The position numbers and the translations under genes are program-made. The notes under the pieces are model-generated. The model made no database searches and was not told the DNA's origin. It saw only the letters and a list, made by a program, of their open reading frames with translations. From an uncultured Alphaproteobacteria bacterium (lineage in GTDB: Bacteria > Pseudomonadota > Alphaproteobacteria > Micavibrionales > CSBR16-224), in NCBI GenBank assembly GCA_950054485.1, contig CATLPD010000002.1, positions 248,644 through 312,643 on the forward strand: a stretch of DNA of 64,000 nucleotides. The letters are read 5' to 3'. Positions 19,524 through 29,399 of the stretch are shown here, piece after piece. Each line of letters starts with the position of its first letter. Position 1 is the stretch's first letter.

Positions 19524-21534
19524 TAGATGTATCTTCAGCTTTAAAGTCGTTCATGGTGTTATGTCCATGGATAGCAGAAGATATGTACTGAATCAATGTT
19601 CCATTAATTTCGTGCAACAATCCGCGTTGTTGCTGAGGCGCTTCGTGATGCAACACAGAAAACTGATTTTGTTCGTTCACAAAGAAAATCAGAGAAACGT
19701 GTTTTGCACTCTGCCCCGTGCTACAGCCCAAGTTTGCAATCGCAACATCCGAAGACAAGACCTGTAAACCATTATTTGAAGCTGACGCTGATGTTTCACA
19801 TTGTGTTTGTGCAAAAGCCTTCACAAAACCGTTAACATGCGAAACAAAATTATCGCTGGAAAGGTTTTTATAAGACGAGATACTACCTTTTACAGCAGTA
19901 CCGTTCAGTGACGCTGTCCATAGCTCTTGCTTGAATTGGCGTTGTTCAACTTTTTGCGGCAAAAACCGTACATTTCCAAAGCCTGACTGCGTTACGGCAT
20001 CCCTGACATTTGCGGGTGCTTTCATCTGCTTGTTCAGTCCTGTTGTCAAAGATACGGGAGCTTTCTGAGCTGTTAGGGTGTCCGTGTTCTCGTCATTAGT
20101 AGGTGAAACATTTGCAACGGCGGCCATATTACCACCCGCACGCGGCTCGTATTGCTCGACAAGCTGATCGACTGTCATCTCGTGTTCATCAACGGCTATA
20201 TTTTGTTCAGCAACGGCACCGACTTCAATTTTAGGCTTGGTAGGGATCTGAGTGCCTGGGTTAAGATTTTCCGTTATGGCGTTGCTTTTAATCGATATTT
20301 CAGATTGCAGGGATGCGATTTCCTGCTTTTGACGGTCCATCTTTTTGATCAAAGCTTGTTGTGATGCGCTAGTGTCATTTGGCATTTTTTCCAATGCCTT
20401 TCTTGCAACTTCCAGTTCGCGGTTTGATTTTTCCAGCAACTCTATTTTCTCTTGAAGCTCTGTAGTATCCGGAGCCATTGCAGGCTTTGCCTCAATCTTG
20501 GCTACAGGTTTTATTGCGGGCACTTTGATATCAACATCCTCGATGGGTGACGCCATTTCAGCAACCGGCTGTTCGATGGGTTTTGCCTCGACGATCGGGC
20601 TGTTCAAAACATCTTGTGTAGTTGTTTCTGTTTCTATATCGAGGTTATCGGTTTCAGCGACAACCTCGGCACTTGGTATTGTGGGGGCTGTGGGCGTGAT
20701 TGGCTTTACCGTGATCTCTTCAACAACCATTTCCGGAGCAGCCTCTACGGCGACTACATCCGAATTCAGGGCGTTTAACCTTTGCTGACGCAATTCTTCT
20801 TCATTCTTGACTTCAGCCGATGTTTCAACCTCGGCCGTTATTTCCATCATTTGTCCATCAGGCTCGCCAGCTGCAGGAGATATAACATCCAAGTCCTTAA
20901 CGGTATGTTTTGCAATATTTGTTGCAGGCATAGGCGATAGCTGTGCAACAACATTTGTTTCAACATTTTGCATCTTGGGCGGTATTGCGCGCACTTCTTG
21001 TACTTCAACCGGCTGTAGCTTTAGGGACTGAACACAATTATCAAGTTTTTCCGCTGATTTTGAAAAAGTCACCAGAGACATCTTCATGTCGACATCAGGG
21101 AAGCCCACGTTTAAGTGGCCTTCGCCGCGCAAGGCCGAAAACATTAAGTCTTCCTGACCGAGTTGAATTATTGCAGAGCGTGAATTTACGGCGGTTGCCT
21201 GCGTTTGGACACTGTATCCCTGGCTGTGTTGTAACGACACAGGTATAACTTGTCCTGGCTTGAAACGTTTTTCAGGGAAATCAATTGCAAAAGAATAATT
21301 GCCGTTTTTGGCTTTAGCCAAAGCGAGTGTGAAGCCCTGTTCGAATTTATTTACACTCGCGCAATAGCCCTCAACCCCCTGAGCGGGTGATACGATTTCG
21401 CCGATCCTCCAGTCTGCAAGCGGCCTTACGAAACCCAGATTACCTTTCATCGTTGCCGATGCCACAGCAGGAACTAGTGCCAGAGCCGTTGAAGTCATAA
21501 GGACTGCGAAGGCTGAAATTGATTTCTTATGCAT
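19495..21534 (-). CDS. Secreted hypothetical protein (long paralog, E/V/A/P/T-rich and coiled-coil insert)
   Basis: I prefer the start at ATG 21534 (MHKKSISAFAVLMTSTALALVPAVASA signal peptide) over the ORF-track start at 21591. The 3' end overlaps the next gene by 29 nt. Confidence 0.6.
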   Translation of the reverse strand: MHKKSISAFAVLMTSTALALVPAVASATMKGNLGFVRPLADWRIGEIVSPAQGVEGYCASVNKFEQGFTLALAKAKNGNYSFAIDFPEKRFKPGQVIPVSLQHSQGYSVQTQATAVNSRSAIIQLGQEDLMFSALRGEGHLNVGFPDVDMKMSLVTFSKSAEKLDNCVQSLKLQPVEVQEVRAIPPKMQNVETNVVAQLSPMPATNIAKHTVKDLDVISPAAGEPDGQMMEITAEVETSAEVKNEEELRQQRLNALNSDVVAVEAAPEMVVEEITVKPITPTAPTIPSAEVVAETDNLDIETETTTQDVLNSPIVEAKPIEQPVAEMASPIEDVDIKVPAIKPVAKIEAKPAMAPDTTELQEKIELLEKSNRELEVARKALEKMPNDTSASQQALIKKMDRQKQEIASLQSEISIKSNAITENLNPGTQIPTKPKIEVGAVAEQNIAVDEHEMTVDQLVEQYEPRAGGNMAAVANVSPTNDENTDTLTAQKAPVSLTTGLNKQMKAPANVRDAVTQSGFGNVRFLPQKVEQRQFKQELWTASLNGTAVKGSISSYKNLSSDNFVSHVNGFVKAFAQTQCETSASASNNGLQVLSSDVAIANLGCSTGQSAKHVSLIFFVNEQNQFSVLHHEAPQQQRGLLHEINGTLIQYISSAIHGHNTMNDFKAEDTSSEKTPVNPI

Positions 21535-21666
21535 GAAAATACCCCAAAAATTAAAATCCCCATAATTATGATGCATTATTTTACCCTTCAAAGCCAGCTA
21601 TATTTAAGAAAAACATATGAATTTATTAATTTTTTTACTATAAAATAAAATCGATATATAACAAGA

Positions 21667-22278
21667 ATGAAGACAATGACGTCAAAAAGAAAATTCTCTG
21701 ATCCTTTCACAGCTTTTGATATCCGTCCGGAAGATGATATCTGGGTTTTTGCTTATGGATCACTGATGTGGAATCCTGATTTTGTTTACGAGGATGTTAA
21801 GTCAGCCCATATATGTGGCTACCACAGACGTTTTTGCATCAAATGTGACTATCATCGTGGCCAGCCTGACAACCATGGTCTGGTTTTGGGACTGGATAGC
21901 GGCGGGTCTTGCCGTGGTCTTGCATATCGTATTGCACCGCAACATCTAAAAGAAGCGCTTGCGAAACTGTGGAAACGTGAGATGTGGGTAGACGATGCCT
22001 ATATTCCAAAACGTGTGCCCGTTACACTTGAAAATGACATGAATCGCAAGATATTGGCCTGTGTTTTTGTTAGTAACAAACACTCTTCCTATTATTACGA
22101 AGAAAAGTGCCGTAAAAAAGCAGCCCAGATTATAGCCGAGGCTCAGGGCCTGCGCGGTAGTAATTTCGAGTATCTGGAAAAGACGGTTCATCAATTGCGG
22201 GAGTTCGATATTTTTGACCCCCAGATTGAAGATATTTACAAACATACACAAACATCAGAACAGGCGCTGTTGACATAA
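21667..22278 (+). CDS. chaC: ChaC-family gamma-glutamylcyclotransferase
   Basis: 203 aa with motifs VFAYGSLMWNP, YHRRFC and GLVLGLDSGGSCRGLAYRI. Confidence 0.8.
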   Translation: MKTMTSKRKFSDPFTAFDIRPEDDIWVFAYGSLMWNPDFVYEDVKSAHICGYHRRFCIKCDYHRGQPDNHGLVLGLDSGGSCRGLAYRIAPQHLKEALAKLWKREMWVDDAYIPKRVPVTLENDMNRKILACVFVSNKHSSYYYEEKCRKKAAQIIAEAQGLRGSNFEYLEKTVHQLREFDIFDPQIEDIYKHTQTSEQALLT

Positions 22279-22326
22279 TGTAAAAAACTGTATACAGTTC
22301 TTATCGATACTTAACAGGATAAAACG

Positions 22327-22758
22327 ATGATAAACTTAAAAAAATTATTTGACCGTATACGAAATAAACCTGATACAGCGCTAGCTTACAAAACCAAAAA
22401 AGTCCTGACATCAAACAAGTCTGTCGATCAATATATCGCAAAACGTCTTGAGAATGGTTTCTATGATATCGTACATAGAACAGAATTAAGCACGCCAACA
22501 GGTATTAAATTCTCGGATACCACAGTTGCTTGCGTCGGCGGTCTGGGTGTTGCGCTTGAAACACTTGAGGATATGGAAGCGGATTTATTCAAAAAACATA
22601 TCGAATTCAAGAAAGAGGCAAGCAGCGACCTGACCCCTTTTAATTATAAATACTGCGTTGACCAGTATAATTCAGCGTCATTACCAAATGAACATTTCAG
22701 CTATTTCATGAAGATTGCGGGTAATAAAAAACAGGCCCCCACTCCTAAAAAGAAATAG
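22327..22758 (+). CDS. Hypothetical protein
   Basis: 143-aa ORF with a Lys-rich C terminus and no recognisable motif. A 14-bp palindrome lies 28 nt upstream. Confidence 0.4.
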   Translation: MINLKKLFDRIRNKPDTALAYKTKKVLTSNKSVDQYIAKRLENGFYDIVHRTELSTPTGIKFSDTTVACVGGLGVALETLEDMEADLFKKHIEFKKEASSDLTPFNYKYCVDQYNSASLPNEHFSYFMKIAGNKKQAPTPKKK

Positions 22759-22784
22759 AGGCCTGTCTTAAATTCTATCAACTA

Positions 22785-23648
22785 TTAGTTAACTGATTGG
22801 GCCTCGCCGTCCCAGTTAAACTTTTTGATTTCTGCGTTCTGTCTCAGATCCTGAACCAGTTCATCAACAACATCCTGATTTAGCTGATTGCGGATAATAT
22901 CTTCCATTTCTGCAAAGCTTGGAACTTTACGGTTACGGATATCTTCAACATAGATTACGTGCCAGCCGAACTGTGTCTGAACAGGCTCGGTGGTATAGTT
23001 GCCTTTTTCGGTTGCAAAAGCAGCTTCGGAGAATTCCGGAACCATTGCATCTTTTGTGAAATACCCAAGATCTCCACCTTTTGGACCTGTCGGACCGACA
23101 GAATGTTCCTTCGCAAGAGCGGCAAAGTCTGCGCCACCTTCAAGCTGATCAATCAGGCTTTTGGCCTTATCTTCCGTTTCGACCAGAATATGGCGGGCGT
23201 GGACTTCCTGCACGTTTTCATTCTCTTTCTTGATCTTCTGATATTCTTCTTTCACGCGCTCGTCAGTTACGTTTTCAGAGACATAGCGTTCGACGTAAAG
23301 GCTGCGTACAATCTGTGAGCGAACTTCGGCAAGGCGCTTTTCAACTTCCGGATCGTCATTAATTTCAGAATTTGAAACGCGTTCTTCCAGCAAGCGGTCA
23401 TTGATGATCTGTTCGACCAGCATCGGGTAAATCTGCTCCATTGATACCTGCGCATTTGGCGGTAATGTAGAAGCAACTTTCTTAACATCTGCACGTGTGA
23501 CCTCGTCACCGTTTACAACAGCTACAACTGTTGAATCGCTGCCTGCAGCAATACCATCAGATGATGAATTCATTAAAAACCATGCGCCCATACCGATCAC
23601 TAATACGGCAACAATGGCAGAGCTGAAAATTTTTCCGTTTTTAGACAT
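22785..23648 (-). CDS. Periplasmic parvulin-type peptidyl-prolyl isomerase (SurA/PpiD-like)
   Basis: 287 aa with an N-terminal membrane anchor or signal and a PpiC domain (HARHILVETEDKAKSL...GGDLGYF...FGWHVIYVED). Confidence 0.8.
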   Translation of the reverse strand: MSKNGKIFSSAIVAVLVIGMGAWFLMNSSSDGIAAGSDSTVVAVVNGDEVTRADVKKVASTLPPNAQVSMEQIYPMLVEQIINDRLLEERVSNSEINDDPEVEKRLAEVRSQIVRSLYVERYVSENVTDERVKEEYQKIKKENENVQEVHARHILVETEDKAKSLIDQLEGGADFAALAKEHSVGPTGPKGGDLGYFTKDAMVPEFSEAAFATEKGNYTTEPVQTQFGWHVIYVEDIRNRKVPSFAEMEDIIRNQLNQDVVDELVQDLRQNAEIKKFNWDGEAQSVN

Positions 23649-23731
23649 GTGAAATAGTCTCCCTAAAGTTAGATTTCAGTTTAAATGTAATCAATTCGCT
23701 ATATGATTCAAGTATAATAAATAGGAAATTA

Positions 23732-24886
23732 CTAGCGTTTTAAAGGATTTTTCTTTTTTTGATGCGCATCATTTGAAAAAAGATCAGTATCCATATTATT
23801 CACACTTAGCTGAGCCCTATAAACAGGTGGTGTTTTATTGACGATATGATTAAATTCTTCCATATGATCTTGCCAAAGAATACTTTTATTTAATGTTTGA
23901 AGGCGGTTTCGGGCACCCAAAATATCGATAACCGTATCGCCTCGCCCATCCTTTTGGAACAACATATTGGCTGAAAAGTGGTTTTTATCCCTGATAGCGA
24001 TCGTAACCGCTTCCTCAAAACGGTCTGAACGCGCAAGACTGTGTAGTGCGGTAGTTTTGACACCAGCTGCCGTATTAAATGCGTTTGAAAGGTGCTCCAG
24101 TTTCATAGCGGGTTTAAAGGTCACGGGAAAGCGCTCGAACTGGGACCTCTTTTGCCAGCGGTAAAAAGTATCTCGAACATGATTAATGGCTTCACGTGGA
24201 GCAGGTAAATGGTAGCCACCATGCCAGTCCTGTATATCCACCAGCTTGTCCAATGTGAAGCGGTCCGGCGTTAAATGACCATATTCTAAAAGCAAATCAA
24301 TAAACGGGACAATGTCTTTGTTGTTTTTGTCGCGCATCAAAGCATGGATGCGGCCATGCAGAGGCGCTGATGTGACACCCTGGTCCAACAAGAACTTCAG
24401 AATCTCGAGGTTATTACTGTCGATAGCGTTCGGCATAAACAGGGATGATCCCGAACTATTCGTGGCCTTAATATCCGCTCCTCGTTCGACTAGAAATTTT
24501 ATCATTTCAAGATCTTGATTGTTAAAAGCATGATCCAGACATGTTTTTTGTGTGATAGTTTCGTATTCTTGCGGGCTCATATGTTTTTTAGCATTCCGCC
24601 AGTAATTCTCAATCAGGTCGTATTCTCTTTTTTCAATAATAAATCGATAGGCTTTTCTGCTGTCCAGATTGGAAAAATTAGTAGAATTTTCAAGAATATA
24701 CCGAAAACATAAATGGGCGTTTTTTTGCGCCGCATCTGCCAGAAGGTTTGGAAGAAACTCTGTGTCAAACGACGGGCTAGCCATCGCATCTTTTAAGGCC
24801 GGCAGATACTTATACAGTGTTTCAACATCATCGCTTTTTATGGCGTGACGGCAGTTCGCACCGTATAGATTTATATTATTATTCAT
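23732..24886 (-). CDS. Ankyrin-repeat protein
   Basis: 384 aa. ANK-like units include DLEMIKFLVERGADIKATNSSGSSLF, NNLEILKFLLDQGVTSAPLHG and TTALHSLARSDRFEEAVTIAI. No signal peptide is evident. Confidence 0.6.
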   Translation of the reverse strand: MNNNINLYGANCRHAIKSDDVETLYKYLPALKDAMASPSFDTEFLPNLLADAAQKNAHLCFRYILENSTNFSNLDSRKAYRFIIEKREYDLIENYWRNAKKHMSPQEYETITQKTCLDHAFNNQDLEMIKFLVERGADIKATNSSGSSLFMPNAIDSNNLEILKFLLDQGVTSAPLHGRIHALMRDKNNKDIVPFIDLLLEYGHLTPDRFTLDKLVDIQDWHGGYHLPAPREAINHVRDTFYRWQKRSQFERFPVTFKPAMKLEHLSNAFNTAAGVKTTALHSLARSDRFEEAVTIAIRDKNHFSANMLFQKDGRGDTVIDILGARNRLQTLNKSILWQDHMEEFNHIVNKTPPVYRAQLSVNNMDTDLFSNDAHQKKKNPLKR

Positions 24887-25002
24887 ATGAAACTCCTGCC
24901 ATTACGATATAAGGTCTGTTCATAAAAGACAAGACGAAATCCGATTGACCCTGACTGTAAAAGGTTTATAACTGTAAACACAATAAAACTAAGGAATAGA
25001 AC

Positions 25003-27732
25003 ATGTTTGCTTCACTTGCATATAAAATTTTTGGATCCAGCAACGAACGTCACCTGAAACGAATGCAGCCGTTGGTTGACCAGATTAATGCATTGGAAAC
25101 TGAGATCGGAAAACTAAGTGATGCTGATTTGAAATCACAGACAGACAAATTCCGTGCCCGCCTGCAACAAGGCGAAGATACGCTCGACAGCATCCTGCCT
25201 GAGGCCTTTGCAACAGTTCGCGAAGCGGCCAAACGCGCACTTGGCCTACGCCCGTTTGATGTTCAGTTGGTTGGTGGTATGGTTTTGCACGAAGGCAAAA
25301 TTGCTGAAATGCGTACCGGTGAAGGTAAAACGCTTGTTGCGACCCTGCCCTCTTATCTAAATGCTTTAGAGGGCAAAGGCGTACATGTCGTAACCGTGAA
25401 CGATTATCTGGCGGAACGTGATGCCGATTGGATGCGCCCAGTTTTTGAAACTCTTGGCATGACAGTTGGAACCATTATCGCAAACATGGATCCGGTTGAA
25501 CGTCAGGCCGCATATGCGTGCGATGTGACATACGGTACAAATAATGAATTCGGCTTTGATTATCTGCGTGACAACATGAAATTCCGTAAGGAGCAAATGG
25601 CAATGCGCGGCTTTAACTTTGCTATCGTGGATGAGGTCGACTCGATTTTGGTTGATGAAGCCAGAACGCCATTGATTATTTCCGGCCAGATTGAAGATAC
25701 CGCTGAAATGTATAACGAGGTTGATAAGATTATTCCGTTTCTGGTCGAAGAAGACTTTGAGCTGGAAGAAAAATTCAAAAATATCAGCCTGACAGACCGC
25801 GGTAACGAACATGCCGAGGAGCTGTTAAAAGAACACGGCCTTCTGACCGAAGGCGGTTTGTTTGACCCGCAGAATATGGCCCTTGTTCACCACGTTAATC
25901 AGGGCTTGCGCGCCCACAAAATGTTTGTGTCGGATAAAGATTATATCGTTAAAGACGGTCAGATCGTCCTGATTGATGAATTTACAGGCCGTATGATGGA
26001 TGGCCGTCGTTTGTCTGATGGTCTGCATCAGGCAATCGAAGCGAAAGAAGGCGTTCAGGTTCAGAATGAAAACCAGATTTTGGCCTCTATCACATTCCAG
26101 AACTACTTCCGCCTTTATCCAAAGCTGTCAGGTATGACCGGTACGGCGATGACCGAGGCTGCAGAATTCGAAGAAATTTACGGTCTGCAATGTATCGAAG
26201 TTCCGACAAACGTGCCCGTTGCCCGTATTGATAAAGATGATGAAATTTATCGCACATTCGAAGAAAAAATTCTGGCAATTGTTGACCTGATCAAGGAAGC
26301 ACAAGATCGCCATCAGCCGGTTTTGGTGGGAACGACTTCGATTGAAAAGTCCGAATTGATTTCAGGCCTGTTGAAAAAAGCAAAAGTAAAGCACAACGTT
26401 TTGAACGCGAAATATCACGAACAGGAAGCGCAAATCGTTGCCCAAGCCGGTCAGCCCGGATCGGTTACGATTGCGACCAACATGGCCGGACGCGGTACGG
26501 ATATTAAATTGGGGGGTAACCTTGAGCGCCGCATCATGGACGAAGTCCCTGAAGGCATTGATGAAGCCGAGCGTAAAAAACGTATCGAACGTATCAAGGA
26601 AGAGATCAAAAAAGACGAGAAAACAGTTCTGGATGCCGGTGGCCTCTATGTTATTGGTACAGAACGCCATGAGTCGCGCCGTATTGATAACCAGTTGCGC
26701 GGTCGTTCAGGTCGTCAGGGTGACCCTGGTGAAACACGTTTCTTTATATCGTTGCAAGATGATCTGATGCGCATTTTCGGATCGGACAAGATGGATGCTT
26801 TCTTACAAAAAATGGGGCTGGAGCAAGGCCAGGCCATTGTACACCCATGGATTAGCAAGGCCATCGAGCGTGCCCAGAAAAAAGTCGAGGCTATGCACTT
26901 CGAGGCCCGTAAATCAGTTCTTGAATATGATGACGTATCAAATGATCAGCGTAAAGTCATCTACGAACAACGCCATGAAATCATGGACAGCGACGACGTA
27001 TCTGACATCATTAAAGATATGCGATACGAGGTCATCGAGGATATGGTCACCCGCACCATTCCACCACAAAGCTATGTGGATCAGTGGGATATCGAAAGCC
27101 TTAAGACCGAAACACACCGTCTTTTGAATGTAGATGTTCCTGTTGATGAATGGGCCAAAGAAGAAGGTATCGCGGATGAAGAAATCACCGAACGTTTGAT
27201 TAAGGCCTCTGATGAACATATGGCGGCAAAAGCGGCCAATGTGAAGCCCGAGATGATGCGTCAGATTGAAAAATCGATGTTACTGCAGTTGCTGGATCAA
27301 AGCTGGAAAGAGCATTTGCTGAATCTTGAGCACTTGCGTCAAGGTATTGGCCTGCGTGGCCTGGGACAGAAAAACCCACTGAACGAATTTAAAACCGAAG
27401 CTTTTTCGATGTTCGAAAATATGCTGGATCAATTGCGTGAAAACGTGACGCAGACACTCAGCATTATTCAAATCCGTTTCGAGCAGCCGTTGCCGGAAAT
27501 GAAAGAGCCTGACACGTCAAAACTGCGTGCCTACCAGCCATCAGCAGATGATGGGTTTGGCGCTAACGAAGGCGATGTAGCTTCCGCTAAGGCGTCGAAT
27601 ATTTCAACAACGCCATATACGAAACCTAGCTTTGATGAAAAAGATCCGGAGACCTGGGGCGGAACGCCGCGCAATTCGGCATGCCCATGTGGCTCTGGTA
27701 AAAAATTCAAACATTGTCACGGTAAATCGTAA
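25003..27732 (+). CDS. secA: Preprotein translocase ATPase SecA
   Basis: 909 aa with motor motifs [11 protein letters not shown] and [19 protein letters not shown], and the C-terminal zinc motif [14 protein letters not shown]. Confidence 0.97.
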   Translation: MFASLAYKIFGSSNERHLKRMQPLVDQINALETEIGKLSDADLKSQTDKFRARLQQGEDTLDSILPEAFATVREAAKRALGLRPFDVQLVGGMVLHEGKIAEMRTGEGKTLVATLPSYLNALEGKGVHVVTVNDYLAERDADWMRPVFETLGMTVGTIIANMDPVERQAAYACDVTYGTNNEFGFDYLRDNMKFRKEQMAMRGFNFAIVDEVDSILVDEARTPLIISGQIEDTAEMYNEVDKIIPFLVEEDFELEEKFKNISLTDRGNEHAEELLKEHGLLTEGGLFDPQNMALVHHVNQGLRAHKMFVSDKDYIVKDGQIVLIDEFTGRMMDGRRLSDGLHQAIEAKEGVQVQNENQILASITFQNYFRLYPKLSGMTGTAMTEAAEFEEIYGLQCIEVPTNVPVARIDKDDEIYRTFEEKILAIVDLIKEAQDRHQPVLVGTTSIEKSELISGLLKKAKVKHNVLNAKYHEQEAQIVAQAGQPGSVTIATNMAGRGTDIKLGGNLERRIMDEVPEGIDEAERKKRIERIKEEIKKDEKTVLDAGGLYVIGTERHESRRIDNQLRGRSGRQGDPGETRFFISLQDDLMRIFGSDKMDAFLQKMGLEQGQAIVHPWISKAIERAQKKVEAMHFEARKSVLEYDDVSNDQRKVIYEQRHEIMDSDDVSDIIKDMRYEVIEDMVTRTIPPQSYVDQWDIESLKTETHRLLNVDVPVDEWAKEEGIADEEITERLIKASDEHMAAKAANVKPEMMRQIEKSMLLQLLDQSWKEHLLNLEHLRQGIGLRGLGQKNPLNEFKTEAFSMFENMLDQLRENVTQTLSIIQIRFEQPLPEMKEPDTSKLRAYQPSADDGFGANEGDVASAKASNISTTPYTKPSFDEKDPETWGGTPRNSACPCGSGKKFKHCHGKS

Positions 27733-27869
27733 ACCTGTTAAGAACTTATTAACTCTTTCGCCCTATTATGAAATTACAGGATGAAAAATTCATTCGTTTC
27801 CACACTACCAAATAGGGAAAACCGGACAAACGGCGTTTAGAGGATAAAGTTTTTACGGGTTTCAGGGTC

Positions 27870-27897
27870 AAAAAAGCGCTCCATCGGGGCGCTTTTT
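27870..27897. terminator. Hairpin terminator between convergent secA and glpK
   Basis: AAAAAA-GCGCUCC-AUC-GGGGCGC-UUUUU. The stem is 7 bp (one G-U) on the secA strand and is flanked by A and T runs, so it could act in both directions. Confidence 0.6.
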
Positions 27898-27906
27898 ATT
27901 AATATA

Positions 27907-29397
27907 TTAAAGACCAGCCAAAGTTTGTTTAACAGCGCTTTGCCATCCATCGTACAATTTATCGCGCAATGCGCCAGACATGGTCGGCGCAAAAGATCGT
28001 TCCGCAGACCATGCTGATGTGATATCAAGAATACTGCCAAACCACCCTGCCCCGATTGCGGCCAGATAAGCAGCGCCCAAAGCCGTCGTTTCAATAATCG
28101 GCGGGCGATCAACATTCACAGCGGTCATATCTGCCAGAAATTGGCACATCCAGTCATTGGCAACCATTCCGCCGTCAACGCGCATATCCTTTAACTTTTG
28201 GCCCGAGTCTTTTTCCATGGCTTTGACAAGATCACATGTTTGATAGGCCTGCGCCTCCAAAGCAGCACGGGCGATGTGGGCGCGGCCTGCATTGCGTGTC
28301 AGCCCTGTTATGGTAGCGCGGGCATCAGGCTGCCAGTAAGGTGCGCCAAGCCCTGTAAAGGCTGGCACCATATAGACGCCACCGTTATCATCAACGGATT
28401 GCGCCAGGGCATCTGTTTCACCCGCATGATTTATAATTTGCAGTTGATCGCGTAGCCACTGAATGGCCGCTCCGGCAATAAAAATAGAGCCTTCTAGAGC
28501 ATACGTCGTCTTTCCATCAAACCTATAGGCAATCGTCGTCAAAAGTTTATTTTGTGATAATTTGAATTGATCGCCGATATTCATCAGGGCAAAACAGCCT
28601 GTGCCATATGTGCTTTTGACCATGCCGGTTGCAAAGCAAGCTTGACCTATTAATGCAGCCTGTTGATCCCCTGCCGCTCCTGTAATCGGAATGCTCTGGC
28701 CCAAATGCGACGGGTCTGTTGTACCGAAATTTGCAACGTTATCCTTAACCTCGGGCAACATCGACATTGGGATATTAAAAAGCTCCAAAAGCTCCTTGTC
28801 CCACTCATGAGATTGAATATTAAACAGCATTGTGCGCGAAGCATTTGTTGCATCTGTGGCATGGACAGACCCGCCGGTCAATTTCCAGATCAAAAAACAA
28901 TCAACTGTGCCGCATAATAGATCACCAGCTTGCGCTTTTTGAAGCGCACCATCAACATTATCCAACATCCATTTTATTTTGGTCGCGCTAAAGTACGGGT
29001 CAATCAGCAAGCCGGTCTTCTGTTGTATGTTTTCTTCATGTCCAGCAGACTTTAATTGACGGCAGTATTCCGCTGTTCTGCGGTCTTGCCAGACGATGGC
29101 ATTATAGATCGGATTGCCAGTGTTTTTATCCCAGACAACGACTGTCTCGCGCTGGTTTGTGATACCGATCGCAGAAATATCATTCGCGCCTGATTGTTTG
29201 ATCACCTCACGGCAGACTTCAAGCGTATCATTCCAGATATCATTCGCATCCTGTTCGACCCAGCCATTTTCTGGGTAATGCAGGGTTAATTCCTTTTGTG
29301 AAATATCGACAATGTCCATTGTACGCGAAAACAGTATGGCGCGACTGCTGGTTGTTCCCTGGTCGATTGATAAAATAAAAGGTGTTTGATGTTTCAT
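27907..29397 (-). CDS. glpK: Glycerol kinase
   Basis: 496 aa. The N terminus FILSIDQGTTSSRAILF and FGGY-family motifs run throughout. Confidence 0.95.
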   Translation of the reverse strand: MKHQTPFILSIDQGTTSSRAILFSRTMDIVDISQKELTLHYPENGWVEQDANDIWNDTLEVCREVIKQSGANDISAIGITNQRETVVVWDKNTGNPIYNAIVWQDRRTAEYCRQLKSAGHEENIQQKTGLLIDPYFSATKIKWMLDNVDGALQKAQAGDLLCGTVDCFLIWKLTGGSVHATDATNASRTMLFNIQSHEWDKELLELFNIPMSMLPEVKDNVANFGTTDPSHLGQSIPITGAAGDQQAALIGQACFATGMVKSTYGTGCFALMNIGDQFKLSQNKLLTTIAYRFDGKTTYALEGSIFIAGAAIQWLRDQLQIINHAGETDALAQSVDDNGGVYMVPAFTGLGAPYWQPDARATITGLTRNAGRAHIARAALEAQAYQTCDLVKAMEKDSGQKLKDMRVDGGMVANDWMCQFLADMTAVNVDRPPIIETTALGAAYLAAIGAGWFGSILDITSAWSAERSFAPTMSGALRDKLYDGWQSAVKQTLAGL

Positions 29398-29399
29398 AT

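Noticed and set aside
20460-20900. Possible tandem DNA repeats encoding the E/V/A/P/T-rich region of the long secreted paralog
   Set aside because: I could find no exact or periodic nucleotide repeat by eye. This appears to be compositional bias only.
25366-25812. 148-aa ORF on the minus strand, plus several other 60-110-aa ORFs within 25050-27471
   Set aside because: All lie inside secA on other frames or strands, and secA coding is certain.
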